Of a stretch of 64,000 bases of DNA, positions 63,013 to 64,000 are shown piece by piece. The stretch covers positions 64,212 to 128,211 of the forward strand of contig CABWZY010000001.1 in the NCBI GenBank assembly GCA_902510055.1, read 5' to 3'. Every line of letters starts with the position of its first letter. Position 1 is the stretch's first letter. Under the pieces are notes generated by a model. The model was not told the origin of the DNA and did no database searches. It saw nothing but the letters and a program-made list of their open reading frames with translations. Both the position numbers and the translations under genes were made by a program. The stretch is from an uncultured Candidatus Actinomarina sp. GTDB taxonomy: Bacteria > Actinomycetota > Acidimicrobiia > Actinomarinales > Actinomarinaceae.

Positions 63013-63437
63013 TCTACACACTTACTACAAAGACCTAAAAGTTCTAAAGTATGATCTTTAATTTCGAAGTTAAATGCTTTTTCAATCTTAACTACTTCAG
63101 TATCTAGATTTTTTTCAAATTTCTTACTTAAGTTTATATCTATAATATCGCCACACCTTGTACAGAAGAGATGATGATGGTGGCTTCCATCATGATCAGC
63201 AACTTCAAAAACTGTAATACTGTCTGTAGTAGTAAACTCCTTTATAATCTCAACACTTTTTAAATCATTTAATGCCCTGTATAAAGTTGACAAAGCAACC
63301 CTACCTTCAAGTTGTTTTTGAAGTTTTTCTATAGATATTGGATTTTTATTATTTAAAATCTCTTCAATAATTAGCACTCGAGGGCTTGTAATAGATATAT
63401 TCTTTTCAATTAGTATTTCTGTAGCGCTCTTTTTCAT
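63009..63437 (-). CDS. zur: Fur-family metalloregulator (Zur-like)
   Basis: Has a winged-helix N-domain, an HHHHLFCTRCG motif and a C-terminal CSKC (structural Zn site). It is divergent from a ZIP zinc importer. Confidence 0.85.
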   Translation of the reverse strand: MKKSATEILIEKNISITSPRVLIIEEILNNKNPISIEKLQKQLEGRVALSTLYRALNDLKSVEIIKEFTTTDSITVFEVADHDGSHHHHLFCTRCGDIIDINLSKKFEKNLDTEVVKIEKAFNFEIKDHTLELLGLCSKCVD

Positions 63438-63463
63438 AAATATATTATAGACAGAGTGGGAAA

Positions 63464-63492
63464 AAATAAATGAGAATTATTCTCATTTATTT
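63464..63492. promoter_or_regulatory. Fur/Zur-box-like perfect inverted repeat (14-1-14)
   Basis: AAATAAATGAGAAT-T-ATTCTCATTTATTT lies between the divergent zur and ZIP genes. Confidence 0.75.
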
Positions 63493-63624
63493 TTATATCA
63501 TGTTAAGATTTTGAAAATGGATATTTTAATGTTCGCAATTATAGGATCAATACCTTTATGTTCATGTCACATAGGGTATGTATGTTATTGCGAGATAAAA
63601 AAATGAAAGAAGGTAGTTAAAAAT

Positions 63625-64000
63625 ATGTCAGATTTTGTAGTTGTAGTTTTAGCAAGTATTGCTGCTGGTTTACTTTCGCTATCAGTTGCTTTGTTTTTAT
63701 TAGGTAGTGAACGCTTTTCATCAAAGTTAATTAAATATGGAACACCTTTTGCTGCAGGTGTATTATTAATGATTGCATATAGGGATCTTTTACCTGAAGC
63801 AATTGCAGATGGAGGTTCAGAAGTTCTTGATGCAACTTTAGTTGCAATTATTGTATTTTTTCTAATTGAAAAAGGGTTTAAGTCATTTCACCACCATCAT
63901 GAAGAAGACAAGAACAAACAAAACGACACTACCCAGGGGTGGTTGTTTGTTATTGGAGATGTTTTCCACAACCTTATTGATGGTATTTCTCTAGGAGGAG
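63625..64000 (+). CDS. ZIP-family zinc transporter (ZupT-like); the 3' end lies outside the window
   Basis: Has TM helices, a His-rich loop (FHHHHEED) and a GDVFHNLIDGISLG motif. Confidence 0.85.
   Translation, partial: MSDFVVVVLASIAAGLLSLSVALFLLGSERFSSKLIKYGTPFAAGVLLMIAYRDLLPEAIADGGSEVLDATLVAIIVFFLIEKGFKSFHHHHEEDKNKQNDTTQGWLFVIGDVFHNLIDGISLGG

Overview
This is a compact, AT-rich window (about one-third G+C by eye), almost entirely coding, that spans a bacterial replication-origin region. The core is rpmH-rnpA-yidD-yidC-jag-rsmG-parA-parB on the + strand, diverging from dnaA-dnaN-(95 aa ORF)-gyrB-gyrA-DUF3566 on the - strand. Other neighbours are tRNA-Ile/tRNA-Ala, crgA, a PP2C phosphatase directly followed by a PASTA kinase, trxB plus a CwlM-like protein, and NUDIX next to the CCA-adding enzyme. 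That gene order is the classic actinobacterial oriC neighbourhood. Combined with the low GC and tight packing, it suggests a streamlined aquatic actinobacterium; this is an inference, not a database result. I found no transposases, integrases, prophage genes, rRNA or CRISPR arrays.

Features not in the ORF track:
- six tRNAs (Arg-ACG, three Ser, Ala-TGC, Ile-GAT)
- rpmH
- a TPP riboswitch upstream of a sodium:solute symporter
- a cobalamin riboswitch upstream of an orphan BtuF-like binding protein
- a parS site
- a 29-bp Fur/Zur-type palindrome
- several short ORFs

The best candidate for an undescribed system is a seven-gene minus-strand operon at 31.0-36.7 kb. It combines a MacB-type ABC exporter and a peptidoglycan-binding adaptor with three paralogous acidic lipoproteins built from a duplicated two-cysteine QC-x-R-x-x-G-x-D-x-PDP module.

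Other oddities:
- a (PAAKK)4 repeat at the GyrA N-terminus
- TadA with PDxxC in place of the PCxxC zinc motif
- no recF between dnaN and gyrB
- a dnaX slippery heptamer
- Cys-rich mini-ORFs in the zinc locus
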